Origin: Polyangiales bacterium
GTDB lineage: Bacteria; Myxococcota_A; Polyangia; Polyangiales; JADJQN01
Direction of reading: 5' to 3'
Length of the DNA: 64,000 nt
Assembly: GCA_964202905.1 (NCBI GenBank)
Contig: CAXNJO010000003.1
Coordinates: 288,001 to 352,000 of the forward strand
In this document: positions 10,990 through 20,578 of the stretch, one piece after another
How the letters are laid out: the number at the start of each line of letters is the position of its first letter
How positions within the stretch are numbered: position 1 is the stretch's first letter
Translations under genes and position numbers: made by a program
The notes under the pieces: model-generated
Told to the model about the DNA's origin: nothing
What the model saw: only the letters and a program-made list of their open reading frames with translations
Database searches by the model: none

Positions 10990-12114
10990 GCCGGGCAAAG
11001 GCACGTCTCGGCCTGCCGAGCGTCGACGATGCGCATGTTGGCGCAGTGACGTTCATTCAGCGCAGCGACTCCGCATTACGCCTCAACGTGCATGCGCACT
11101 CGCTGTTTCTCGATGGCGTCTATGTGCGTGATTCCATCGGCGCGCTCGAGTTTCACGCGCTCGGCGTGCCCACGTTCGAAGAGGTAGAGCAGGTCGCCGA
11201 GTGGACGCACGCGCGCATCGTGAAGGTCCTGCTGGCGCACGGCCGTACGCTCGACGGACTCGGCGATGAGCCGGCGGAGCTCACGCACGATCAGCCGGTC
11301 CTCGCCTCGTGTTTCGCGGCGTCCGCGGCGGACATACAGCTGCTCGGCGACAACGCCGGTCAAATGACGCTCAAGCTCGTGCAGCCTGTGCGCGCCGTGC
11401 GTTCAGAGGCGCGCGCGCTCGCGGACTTCGGCGGCGTGAACGTGCACGCGGAGGTGGCGATAGACGGCCGCGATCGGCAGCGACTCGAGCACGTCCTTCG
11501 CTACATGGCGCGCCCTCCGCTGGCGCTCGACCGGCTCTCGCTTCGCGAACATGGCGCGCAGGAGCGTAGCGACGAGCACCTTGGGGCAGGTCTTGTACCG
11601 GTTCAAGAAGGCGTGGCGCGACGGGACGCACGCCGTGGTGCTCTCGCCCGAGGACCTCATCGCCAGGTTGTGCGCGCTGGTACCCCCACCGAGGTTCCAT
11701 TTGATTCGCTACCTCGGTGTGCTGGCGGGGCACTCGTCGCTCCGTGCCGACGTGGTCCGGCTGCGGATCGTCGAGATCGCCAAGAAGCCCGATGATGTGT
11801 CACGCGTGCTCGCCGAGCGCGGCTGGTCCCGAGCGCCGCCTCGTGGACCGCCTCGCGCCGAGGTGCCGCTGCTCGCGCACGGGCAGCTGCGCCTCGCCTT
11901 CCAGTGAGCTCGACGATTCGAGCGGTTGCGCAGAGCGCGGCCAAGGAGACGTGCGGCCGCCGGGCGAAAATCACCTGAAAGTGAGGGTTCCCGTGTCGCC
12001 GAAGACCACACGGCAGAGGCCCATCAGCGCCGAGATTGTGCTTCGGAGCACCCTCGCGGAGGGTTCACCGGTGCATGGAGCGGGGACGAATCACCGATCG
12101 GATGTCCTACGCGC
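10990..12114 (+). mobile_element. IS91/ISCR-like remnant, copy 2 (5'-truncated, internal deletion at ~11757) with oriIS-like end
   Basis: Near-identical to copy 3; HUH motif; terminus GATCGGATGTCCTACGCGC. Confidence 0.9.
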
Positions 12115-12335
12115 CCTGCTCGGCTTCCAGTTCTGAGTCCGTCGGGGGGCCGCTCGGCTGCGTGCCGCCGCGTCCGACGCAAGGCGAGGCGGGAGAGCGG
12201 GAGTTGCGGTCCTCACCGCGCATTGGGTGCGTCGCCCGTCACCACGCATACCGGGATAGAAAGCGCGTGGTGCCCGTACGCGGACGACAATCCACCACGC
12301 GCTGCGATTCACGACACGAACGTCAGCGAAACCGG

Positions 12336-12797
12336 TCAGTATCGCAGACTCACTCGCATGGTCACCGTTTCATTCGCGGTGACGGTGAATTTCGACTCAT
12401 CCCAGGTCGGCGCGGACAGTGCGTACGTGTGATTGTTCGACACGCCATATCCCTCGCTCGGAACGCCGAAGAGGTTCTTGTCGAGGCGCCGATTCGCATT
12501 CTCGTCATGCACGACCGCGATGGCGTAGGTGCCGGGCGGAACGCCCTCCCACGCGCAATCGGCCACCGTGCCGCGGATGGTGGCCCGTACCGTCCGCACG
12601 CCGTTGCCGTCCGGGAAGGTCTCTGGCTTCGAGAACAGCCTGCATTGCAGCGCTCCGCGGGTGTTGCGAAAAGTCGCGACACGGACCCGAACGCTTCCGC
12701 CGTTCTCCTGCGCGGCGACCTGGGGCCACGAGGCGACCAACGGCAGGATCGCCGCGAGGGTGCCGACGAACATGGACAAGGGTTTCCGGTTGATCAT
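12336..12797 (-). CDS. DUF2141 family secreted protein
   Basis: GTYAIAVVHDENANRRLDKNLFGVPSEGYGVSNN signature; AGGAG RBS. Confidence 0.85.
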   Translation of the reverse strand: MINRKPLSMFVGTLAAILPLVASWPQVAAQENGGSVRVRVATFRNTRGALQCRLFSKPETFPDGNGVRTVRATIRGTVADCAWEGVPPGTYAIAVVHDENANRRLDKNLFGVPSEGYGVSNNHTYALSAPTWDESKFTVTANETVTMRVSLRY

Positions 12798-12829
12798 GGT
12801 GGTGTCTCCTGATGTTCCAAACATTCGGT

Positions 12830-13636
12830 TCATGGTGTAGGTGGTGGCAGCGCCGGCAGCGTCGCGTCCCCGCGCACGAGCCATGCGGAGAGGCGCGCGG
12901 TGAGCGCGCGCGGCGAGAAGCGCGCTCCTTGCGCCATGACCCAGTTCCTCCAACCGACGACGTAGGTCGGTGCGGTGCCGTCGAGTGCGGCGAGCGCTGC
13001 CGATACGACCTCTGCGACCGAAGCGGGGCGCTGGAAGATGCGACTCGACCGGAGCTCGGTGCCCGCTGCGTCGATGAACGGTGTTTCGACCGGACCGGGG
13101 CACAGCGCGAGCACACGCAGGCCGCGCCCGCGATATTCGGCCCAGAGCGCTTCGGACAACGAGAGCACGAACGCCTTCGTCGCCCCATACGCGCTCATGA
13201 ACGGCGCGGGCTGAAAGGCGATGGTGGAAGCGACGTTGAGGACGGTGCCGCCGCGCACGAGGAGAGCGGGGGCGAACAAGCGCGTCAGCTCAGTGAGCGC
13301 CACGACGTTCACGTAGAGCTGTTCCGACAGATGGGACGTCGGCTCGTCGTGGAAGGCGCCGAAATAGCCGAGGCCGGCGTTGTTCACGAGCACGTCGATC
13401 GCGAGTCCCTGGCGCGTCACCTCGTCGAAGACCGTCCGCGCCGCCCCCGGCTTCGAGAGGTCCGACGCGAGCACCGTCGCCTTTCCCCCTGCCGCGCGCA
13501 CGCGCGCGGCGAGCGCGTCGAGCCGCTCTTGCGTGCGCGCCACGAGTACGACGTGGTCGCCCCGCGCGCCCAACGCGAGCGCGAGCGCCTCTCCGATTCC
13601 CGACGATGCACCGGTGATCAAAACGATCTTCCCCAT
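12830..13636 (-). CDS. SDR family oxidoreductase
   Basis: TGASSGIG, NNAG, catalytic YGATK. Confidence 0.95.
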   Translation of the reverse strand: MGKIVLITGASSGIGEALALALGARGDHVVLVARTQERLDALAARVRAAGGKATVLASDLSKPGAARTVFDEVTRQGLAIDVLVNNAGLGYFGAFHDEPTSHLSEQLYVNVVALTELTRLFAPALLVRGGTVLNVASTIAFQPAPFMSAYGATKAFVLSLSEALWAEYRGRGLRVLALCPGPVETPFIDAAGTELRSSRIFQRPASVAEVVSAALAALDGTAPTYVVGWRNWVMAQGARFSPRALTARLSAWLVRGDATLPALPPPTP

Positions 13637-13724
13637 ACTGACGACTCCTAGGCACTTCGAGACCGCCGCGGGGACACCCAGCGGCGCGCGTGGTGCGCGA
13701 TGACGCGAGCGGCCCGCGCGTTGC

Positions 13725-13766
13725 GACTTGACAGTGTCTACCAGCCGAAGATGACGGTGTCAAGTC
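13725..13766. promoter_or_regulatory. Tandem TetR-type operators overlapping divergent -35 boxes
   Basis: Imperfect palindromes CTTGACAGTGTCTAC and GATGACGGTGTCAAG; outer inverted repeat GACTTGACA/TGTCAAGTC between the divergent SDR and TetR genes. Confidence 0.75.
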
Positions 13767-13785
13767 CGTGTGGTAGAAGCAGCCG

Positions 13786-14358
13786 ATGGCCGCGGAAACG
13801 CTGAAGCAACAGGTGCTCGACGCGAGCATCGCGCTCGTCGCCGAGAGTGGACTGGCGGGGCTCTCCATGCGCGAGGTCGCGCGTCGCGCCGGCGTCAGCC
13901 ACCAGGCGCCCTATCATCACTTCGCCGACAAGGCGGCGATCGTGGCAGCGCTCGTCGAGCGCGGGTTCGCGATGCTCACGCTCCGACTCGAGGCGGCCCG
14001 TGACGCGGGCCCGGCCGAGCGTGCGCTCGAGCGAGCGGGGCGCGCCTACGTCCACTTCGCGCTCGCCGAGCCTGTCTACTTCCGGCTGATGTTCCGACCC
14101 GAGCTCTCGGGTACGCACCCCGTTCCCCCAACGGAATCAGCCGGTGCGAAGGCATTTTCGGTCTTGCAGTCCCTCGTCGACGTGCGTCTCGGGCCCCGCG
14201 CGCGTCCATCGCGCCGTGAAGCGCTCACGTCCTTGAACTGGGCGGTCGTGCACGGCCTCGCGACGCTGTTGCTCGACGGGCCCCTCGCGCACGTCGAGGA
14301 CCGGGAGCAGCACGTCGATCAGGTGCTGCGCCTCTTTTCCGAGGCGACCTCGGACTGA
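13786..14358 (+). CDS. TetR/AcrR family regulator (WHG-type C-terminus)
   Basis: LSMREVARRAGVSHQAPYHHFADK HTH; WAVVHGLATL. Confidence 0.95.
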   Translation: MAAETLKQQVLDASIALVAESGLAGLSMREVARRAGVSHQAPYHHFADKAAIVAALVERGFAMLTLRLEAARDAGPAERALERAGRAYVHFALAEPVYFRLMFRPELSGTHPVPPTESAGAKAFSVLQSLVDVRLGPRARPSRREALTSLNWAVVHGLATLLLDGPLAHVEDREQHVDQVLRLFSEATSD

Positions 14359-14389
14359 TCGCCCTGCCCGACCTCGGAGTTCGCCGACT

Positions 14390-15902
14390 CCGGCTTTTGT
14401 CCGTCGTGCGTCGCGCGCCGCATGTCAGACGCGGCCGCGCACCCCGTCGACGACGTGCTCCCCGAGGTGCCGACGCGACAGTGGGTGTGCTCGCTGCCTT
14501 GGCGACTGCGCATCTTGCTCGGCTACGACAGGAGGCTTTGCGCAGAGGTGATGTCGGCGTTCACGGGCGCAGTGTCGCGCTCGCTCCGACACAGGGCGAA
14601 GGCGCAGCTCGGCCTGCCGAGTGTCGACGATGCGCATGTTGGCGCAGTGACGTTCATTCAGCGCAGCGACTCCGCATTACGCCTCAACGTCCATGCGCAC
14701 TCGTTGTTTCTCGATGGCGTCTACGTGCGTGATTCCATCGGCGCGCTCGCGTTTCACGCGCTCGGCGTGCCCACGTTCGAAGAGGTAGAGCAGGTCGCGC
14801 AGTGGACGCACACGCACATCATAAAAATCCTGCTGGCGCACGGCCGCAAGCTCGACGGACCCGGCGATGAGCCGGCGGAGCTCACGCACGATCAGCCGGT
14901 CCTCGCCTCGTGTTTCGCGGCGTCCGCGAGCGGACGTACAGCTGCTCGGCGACAACGCCGGTCAACAGACGCTCAAGCTCGTGCAGCCTGTGCGCGCCGT
15001 GCGTTCAGAGGCGCGCGCGCTCGCGGAGTTCGGCGGCGTGAACGTGCACGCGGAGGTCGCGATAGATGGTCGCGATCGGCAGCGACTCGAGCACGTTCTG
15101 CGCTACATGGCGCGCCCTCCGCTGGCGCTCGACCGGCTCTCGCTTCGCGAACATGGCGCGCAGGAGCGTAGCGACGAGCACCTTGGGGCAGGTCTTGTAC
15201 CGGTTCAAGAAGGCGTGGCGCGACGGGACGCACGCCGTCGTGCTCTCGCCCGAGGACTTCATCGCCAGGTTGTGCGCGCTGGTACCCCCACCGAGGTTCC
15301 ATTGGATGCGCTACCTCGGTGTGCTGGCGGGGCACTCGTCGCTCCGTGCCGACGTGGTCCCGAAGAAGGCTGCCGCACCGCCTGAGTCGCCGAAGCAGCT
15401 CCCGCTGTTCGACGAGTCGGCCGAGCCGACGACGTCCGCGAAGGCAGCCGCGACGAAGACGGCCGAGCCGTCGCGGCATCCGTGGTCCTGGGTGCTGCAG
15501 CGGGTCTTCGCCGTCGACGTCTTGAAGCGCGAGAAGTGCGGCGGCCGGCTGCGGATCGTGGAGATCGCGAAGAAGCCCGATGATGTGTCACGCGTGCTCG
15601 CCGAGCGCGGCTGGTCCCGAGCGCCGCCTCGTGGACCGCCTCGCGCCGAGGTGCCGCTGCTCGCGCACGGGCAGCTGCGCCTCGCCTTCCAGTGAGCTCG
15701 ACGATTCGAGCGGTTGCGCAGAGCGCGGCCAAGGAGACGTGCGGCCGCCGGGCGAAAATCACCTGAAAGTGAGGGTTCCCGTGTCGCCGAAGACCACACG
15801 GCAGAGGCCCATCAGCGCCGAGATTGGGCTTCGGAGCACTCTCGCGGAGGGTTCACCGGTGCATGGAGCGGGGACGAATCACCGATCGGATGTCCTACGC
15901 GC
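14390..15902 (+). mobile_element. IS91/ISCR-like remnant, copy 3 (most complete, still 5'-truncated and frameshifted) with oriIS-like end
   Basis: GFCPSCVARRM, PTRQWVCSLP, HUH motif, RYMARPP, RYLGVLA; terminus as in copy 2. Confidence 0.92.
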
Positions 15903-16333
15903 GCGCGCTACGAGCGTGTGACGTGCCCTTCGTCGCCCTCGAAATGAACGTCGACAACGTCCGCAAGGGGCGCGCCGAGGGGCATCCCGCGTATTACGGG
16001 GACGCGACGAGCGAGGAGGCGCTGCGCCACGCACACGTCGAGCACGCGCGGCGGGTCGTGCTGCTGATGAACGACCCGCAGGCGGCGCTGCGCGTGGTGG
16101 ATACGCTGCGACGGGTCGCGCCGAACGTGCCGGTGCTGATGCGGACACGCTATCTCGCCGATCGCGCGACGCTGCTGGCGCTCGGCGCGAGGGATGTGGT
16201 CGTCGAGGAGGTCGAGGGAGCCGCCGAGGTCGTGTCGACGCTGCTGCGGAGCGTGGACGTGCCGGAGCCGACGATCGACGAGCGCTTGCGCGCGCTGCGG
16301 AGCGCGACGGGGGCGAGCGCGTTTGCAACCTGA
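15903..16333 (+). pseudogene. 3' fragment of a CPA2/Kef-type cation:proton antiporter (TrkA_N/RCK domain)
   Basis: VPFVALEMNVDNV...YYGDATSEEALRHAHVEHAR; begins abruptly at the IS terminus. Confidence 0.8.
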
Positions 16334-16416
16334 CGCGACGCCGGCCACTGCGGCGCTTGTCTGGATGCGCGGGCTTCGGCATCCTTCACGCCATGCGCTC
16401 GGATCGCGGAACGCTC

Positions 16417-17601
16417 ATGCATCGGTCGCCGTGCATCCCCCGCGGGGTTGGGTTCGCCATCGTGCTGCTCGTCGCGGGCTGCGGGCTCACGAAGCGTGAG
16501 GCCGTGACGAAACTCGATGCGGCGCTCGGGGCCATCGCACCGGGCGAGGTGCACGGCGCCGCGATGTGGGTAGACGCGCCGCGACACGGCATCCGGCAGG
16601 GTTTTGCGCATGGCGTCGCGGATGCGGCACGCGGGACGGCGATGACGGTGGACACACCATTTCTCTCGGCGAGCGTCGGCAAGCTCTTCGTGGCGACGGC
16701 CGTGCTCAAGCTCGTGGCGGATGGCCGTCTGTCGCTGACGGATCCGGTCACGCGGCACGTGCCGCGCAGCGAGCTCGCCGGGATCCCGATCGCGGGTGGC
16801 GACGCGGCCTTCGACCGCTTGACGGTGGGGATGCTCCTCGCGCACCGGAGCGGGCTGCCGGACTATTTCTCGGATCCGTCGCGCGATGGGGCGCCGCGGC
16901 TCTTCGATCGGATCGTGCGGGAGCGTGACCGGGTGTGGACGCGCCGCGCAATGCTCGATTACGCGCGGGCGCACTACGCACCGGTCGGTGCGCCGGGGGC
17001 GACATTCCACTATTCCGACACCAACTACGATCTGCTCGGGATGGTGCTCGAGGGCGTCGCGCAGAAACCCTTTCATGCGGCGGTGCGCGAACTGGTGATC
17101 GCGCCCGTCGGATTGCGGGCCACCTGGTATCACGCCTTCGAGCAAGCGCCTGCGGAGGCCGCGCCCGTGGCGGATGTGTGGGTGAAGAATGCGAATCTGC
17201 GCGGGGCGCCTGCGCTCTCCGTCGATCAGGCGGGAGGCGGGCTCGTGACGACGCTCGCGGACCTGCGCACGTTCATGCGGTCGCTCGTCGCGGGGCGGCC
17301 CATCCCGCTCTCGTCTCTCGACACGGATTACACCCTCGATGCGATGCACGACGGCATCGATGTGGGCCGTTGTGCGTGGCGCATTCGCCCGAGCGGCGTG
17401 TTTTTCGCGCTCGCGGGGATGCCCGATCTCGTGGGGCACTCTGGCGCGACGGGCGTCTGGGCCTATTACGCGAAGGATTGGGATGCCGTGTTCGTCGGCG
17501 CAGTGAGCGATTCGCGTTGGCAGGAGAAGCACATCGAGTTCCTGCTGCGCGAGGTGCTTCCGGTGCTGGCGCGGACACCGATGCAGGACACGGTGCGCTG
17601 A
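16417..17601 (+). CDS. Serine hydrolase of the beta-lactamase/D-Ala-D-Ala carboxypeptidase family, lipoprotein
   Basis: SVGK (SxxK), LLAHRSGL, YSDTNY, GHSG; lipobox VAGC. Confidence 0.9.
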   Translation: MHRSPCIPRGVGFAIVLLVAGCGLTKREAVTKLDAALGAIAPGEVHGAAMWVDAPRHGIRQGFAHGVADAARGTAMTVDTPFLSASVGKLFVATAVLKLVADGRLSLTDPVTRHVPRSELAGIPIAGGDAAFDRLTVGMLLAHRSGLPDYFSDPSRDGAPRLFDRIVRERDRVWTRRAMLDYARAHYAPVGAPGATFHYSDTNYDLLGMVLEGVAQKPFHAAVRELVIAPVGLRATWYHAFEQAPAEAAPVADVWVKNANLRGAPALSVDQAGGGLVTTLADLRTFMRSLVAGRPIPLSSLDTDYTLDAMHDGIDVGRCAWRIRPSGVFFALAGMPDLVGHSGATGVWAYYAKDWDAVFVGAVSDSRWQEKHIEFLLREVLPVLARTPMQDTVR

Positions 17602-17650
17602 GCGGCGACGCCGCCATGGACATGTCGTCGGGCGACTCACGCCCTGCGTC

Positions 17651-18062
17651 ATGCAGACGAGGAGACCCGTGGCCGAGAGACGCCAGATTCCCCCGAGTGC
17701 GCGTCTGATGATTCTGTTTCGGGAGACGGGAGTCCCGGCGCTGTGGATCGCCCTGTGGCTGCCCTTTCTGGTGCACTCGTTTGCCGACAGCGCCTACGTG
17801 CTCTGGTTTCGCGACACCGTCGATCTCCCTGCGCGTATCGTGTCGGCGGGCTTCACCTCCGAGAGTCGCGGTCGGACCGTGCCGCGGTGGGAGGGATATC
17901 GCGTCGAGGCGGAGTTCACGTATCAAGGGCGGTCTTGGCGCACCACCGGGGATCTCACCGGTCTCCCGAGCGACGGCAGGGTGCGCGTACGTGTTCCGCG
18001 CACACGACCTGATCTCGCGGTCGCCTTCGACGGAGGGGGGCCGTGGTATCGACAGACGCCTG
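17651..18062 (+). pseudogene. Hypothetical membrane protein, 3'-truncated by IS remnant 4
   Basis: TM segment plus beta-rich domain; the frame runs into IS-derived sequence at ~18063. Confidence 0.5.
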
Positions 18063-18485
18063 TGTGGCTCCTGGCTGCTGCAGCGGGTCTTCGCCGTCGA
18101 CGTCTTGAAGTGCGAGAAGTGCGGCGGCCGGCTGCGGGTCGTCGAGATCGCCAAGAAGCCCGACGACGTGTCGCGCGTGCTCGCCGAGCGCGGCTGGTCC
18201 CGAGCGCCGCCTCGTGGACCGCCTCGCGCCGAGGTGCCGCTGCTCGCGCACGGGCAGCTGCGCCTCGCCTTCGAGTGAACTCGACGATTCGAGCGGTTGC
18301 GCAGAGCGCGGCCAAGGAGACGTGCGGCCGCCGGGCGAAAATCAACTGAAAGTGAGGGTTCCCGTGTCGCCGAAGACCACACGGCAGAGGCCCATCAGCG
18401 CCGAGATTGTGCTTCGGAGCACCCTCGCGGAAGGTTCACCGGTGCATGGAGCGGGGACGAATCACCGATCGGATGTCCTACGCGC
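18063..18485 (+). mobile_element. IS91/ISCR-like remnant, copy 4 (last ~70 codons plus oriIS-like end)
   Basis: WLLQRVFAVDVLKCEKCGGRLR; ~205-bp 3' end near-identical to copies 2 and 3. Confidence 0.92.
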
Positions 18486-18777
18486 CGAGCACGTAGCCAG
18501 TGATCACCACCAGCGCCATCTGCAGCGTAAACGGCAGCAGCACCCAGAAGCCCTTGCCCCACAGCTCCACCACCTCGACCGGAGGCGTCGGTGTCGCGAA
18601 CATCGCCGCGAGAACGACGACGATGGTGCCTATGAGCGCGAACACGAACGCATCCGGCACGAAGCGCTCCGCCGCGTCCGTCAGCCGCGCAGCGACGCGC
18701 TCGAACAACGGCGCGCGCGTTCCAACGAGCTTAGCGGTAGACGGAGACGGCGTACGCGGAGGAGCGTCGGCGGACAC
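18478..18777 (-). pseudogene. atoE: 5' fragment of a short-chain fatty acid transporter (AtoE/TIGR00366 family)
   Basis: ERFVPDAFVFA...WGKGFWVLLPFTLQMALVVITGYVL; the TAG stop is supplied by the IS terminus. Confidence 0.8.
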
Positions 18778-18819
18778 GCCGGCGACGGAAACACTCGGGC
18801 GGCGATGGGGGCGCGCTCG

Positions 18820-19266
18820 CTACGAACCGGCGAGGGGGTCCTCCACCCACCACGAGCCGGCGTCGAAGACCGGATTCAGCAAGTGCTCGCGACCGTCGGC
18901 AAACATGACTCTGATGAACGGCGACTCGTCCCACCCCCACGAACGCTTGAGCGTTGCGATGACGGCGGCCGCCTCCCAGCGCTCGCGTTTGGATTTCGCG
19001 CGGCAGGAGATTGTCGCGGCGCCCCGGGTTTCAGAGCGCACCGCGGACACGACGTCGTGCGGGAAGAGCGACTCCAGCGCGGCGTCGTCGCTCTCGAGTA
19101 CGAACGGCTCGCTCGCCGGAGCGATCACCACGTGCGACCGCGACTCTCCGCGATACGACACGACGGCGCGCACTGCTTGGACCGCTCCGGACAGGCCGGT
19201 GGTCTCAGCCGGCCAGTGGCCCAAGTCCTGAGTCGTGATCTCGATTGTGTAGGCTCGCGAAGTCAT
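18820..19266 (-). CDS. Hypothetical protein
   Basis: 148-aa ORF with protein-like composition, lower GC. Confidence 0.5.
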   Translation of the reverse strand: MTSRAYTIEITTQDLGHWPAETTGLSGAVQAVRAVVSYRGESRSHVVIAPASEPFVLESDDAALESLFPHDVVSAVRSETRGAATISCRAKSKRERWEAAAVIATLKRSWGWDESPFIRVMFADGREHLLNPVFDAGSWWVEDPLAGS

Positions 19267-19374
19267 CGGAACGGCGGTCGGTCTCACGTGCGAGATTCTC
19301 ACACACCGCGTCGCAATGCCCCGCGCGTGGAGCTGGGCGGGGGAGGTATCTTGAAAACGTGGGTACAGCGCGTC

Positions 19375-19640
19375 GGACCCGTCCCCTCGCGCAGCTGGCC
19401 GACCTCCTGATCGAGTGGCGGCTGCAGCTTGAGCACCACGTCGGCGCCCCACGCGGTGGCGCGATCGACGAGCGCGGCGCCGGCGGCCTCGTACTGGGTG
19501 TCGGGGTAGCTGGCGATCTCGCCGGCCCCGCGCTCGAGCTGGACGTCCCAGCCGGCCTTCACCCACCGCGCCACGACCTGTGGCGACGCTGCGACCCGCC
19601 GCTCCTCGGGACGTATCTCCTTGACGATACCTAGCTTCAT
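19375..19640 (-). pseudogene. pntA: 5' fragment of NAD(P) transhydrogenase alpha subunit (AlaDh/PNT N-terminal domain)
   Basis: MKLGIVKEIRPEERRVAASP...ERGAG...ADVVLKLQPP; similarity is lost after ~87 aa. Confidence 0.8.
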
Positions 19641-19725
19641 GCGGGGGGCGGAGGTTGCCACCCGCCGCCCCCGCACGGAAGCCTTGACCCTCAACTTGTG
19701 CCCCCCCACGTGCGACACTGGCGGC

Positions 19726-20125
19726 ATGTCCGACTCTGCCGACCCAGGGGCGCTCGCGGCGCTGCAGGCCGAGGTCCTGGAGCTGCGCGAGGCCGTCAGC
19801 GCGCTGCAGGGAGAGCTGCGGCGGGCTCAGCACCGCGTGGACCTCACCATGCGGGGCCAGCTCCGGTGCAGAGCGTGCGGCTGCCGCCAGATCGCCCACG
19901 CCCTGCGCGTGCTCGACCGCGCCGACGGCAACACCCGGGACGCGATGGCCCTGTACCAGCCCAGCTGGTGGAGCACCCGCACCGTCGGCGAGCTCGAGGC
20001 CTACATCTGCACCCGCTGCGGCTCGGTGGAGTGGTGGATCACAGGACCCGGGCTCGCTGGTCGAGCACGCCGAGCACCTCGAGATCCTCGATGGCGATCG
20101 CGTCGGCGAGGGCCCGTACCGGTGA
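19726..20125 (+). CDS. Hypothetical Zn-ribbon protein (frameshift near 20045)
   Basis: Coiled-coil N-terminus, CRACGC and CTRCG; the C-terminus EGPYR* lies in another frame. Confidence 0.55.
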
Positions 20126-20325
20126 CCGGCGCGGGGACCCGGTACGACGCCGACGCGGCGGGCCGGCTGACCCGGATCACCGACCGCGCTGGCGCGGTCC
20201 ATGCCGAGCTATCCTGGAACGGCGACGCGCTGATCGCGCTGGTGGTGCCGGGCGCGAGCGTCCACGGCGAGGTCCATGACGATCCCCTGCTCGGGGCGTC
20301 CCACGCGATCCAGCACGCGGTCGAG
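20122..20325 (+). pseudogene. 5' fragment of a hypothetical protein truncated by an IS3 end
   Basis: GTGA-coupled start; sequence switches to an IS3-like tail at ~20325. Confidence 0.4.
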
Positions 20326-20419
20326 GCGGGGAATCTGCCCATCTCTCGCTTCGCGCGCATGTCCGCGAAGCAGGCAGCAGCGAGCTAGGCAACCTGTCTA
20401 CTGAACCGGGGCAAGCTCA
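20325..20419 (+). mobile_element. IS3-family right-end remnant
   Basis: Transposase-like tail ...KQAAAS* followed by CTGTCTACTGAACCGGGGCAAGCTCA, an IS3-type terminal IR ending in CA. Confidence 0.6.
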
Positions 20420-20559
20420 GTGTCGCGACGAGCACCCCGGAGCCCCTCGAGCGCCCCGGCGTGCTGGTGCGCGCTGCCGACGCGGCCCTGTACCAAGCCA
20501 AGGAACGGGGCCGCAATCGCGTGGTCTTGTCCGTAGCCGTCCGGCGACCCCCGTCGTGA
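20420..20559 (+). pseudogene. 3' fragment of a GGDEF domain protein
   Basis: Manual translation VAT...LVRAADAALYQAKERGRNRVV. Confidence 0.8.
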
Positions 20560-20578
20560 CAAGCGCGCGGATCGACGT

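Noticed and set aside
7178..18485. CRISPR array or integron interpretation of the repeated units
   Set aside because: The repeats are hundreds of bp of transposase-derived sequence; no cas or intI gene, and no attC-like ends seen.
20122..20325. Rhs/YD-repeat toxin
   Set aside because: Only one YD-like stretch in a short truncated frame; insufficient evidence.
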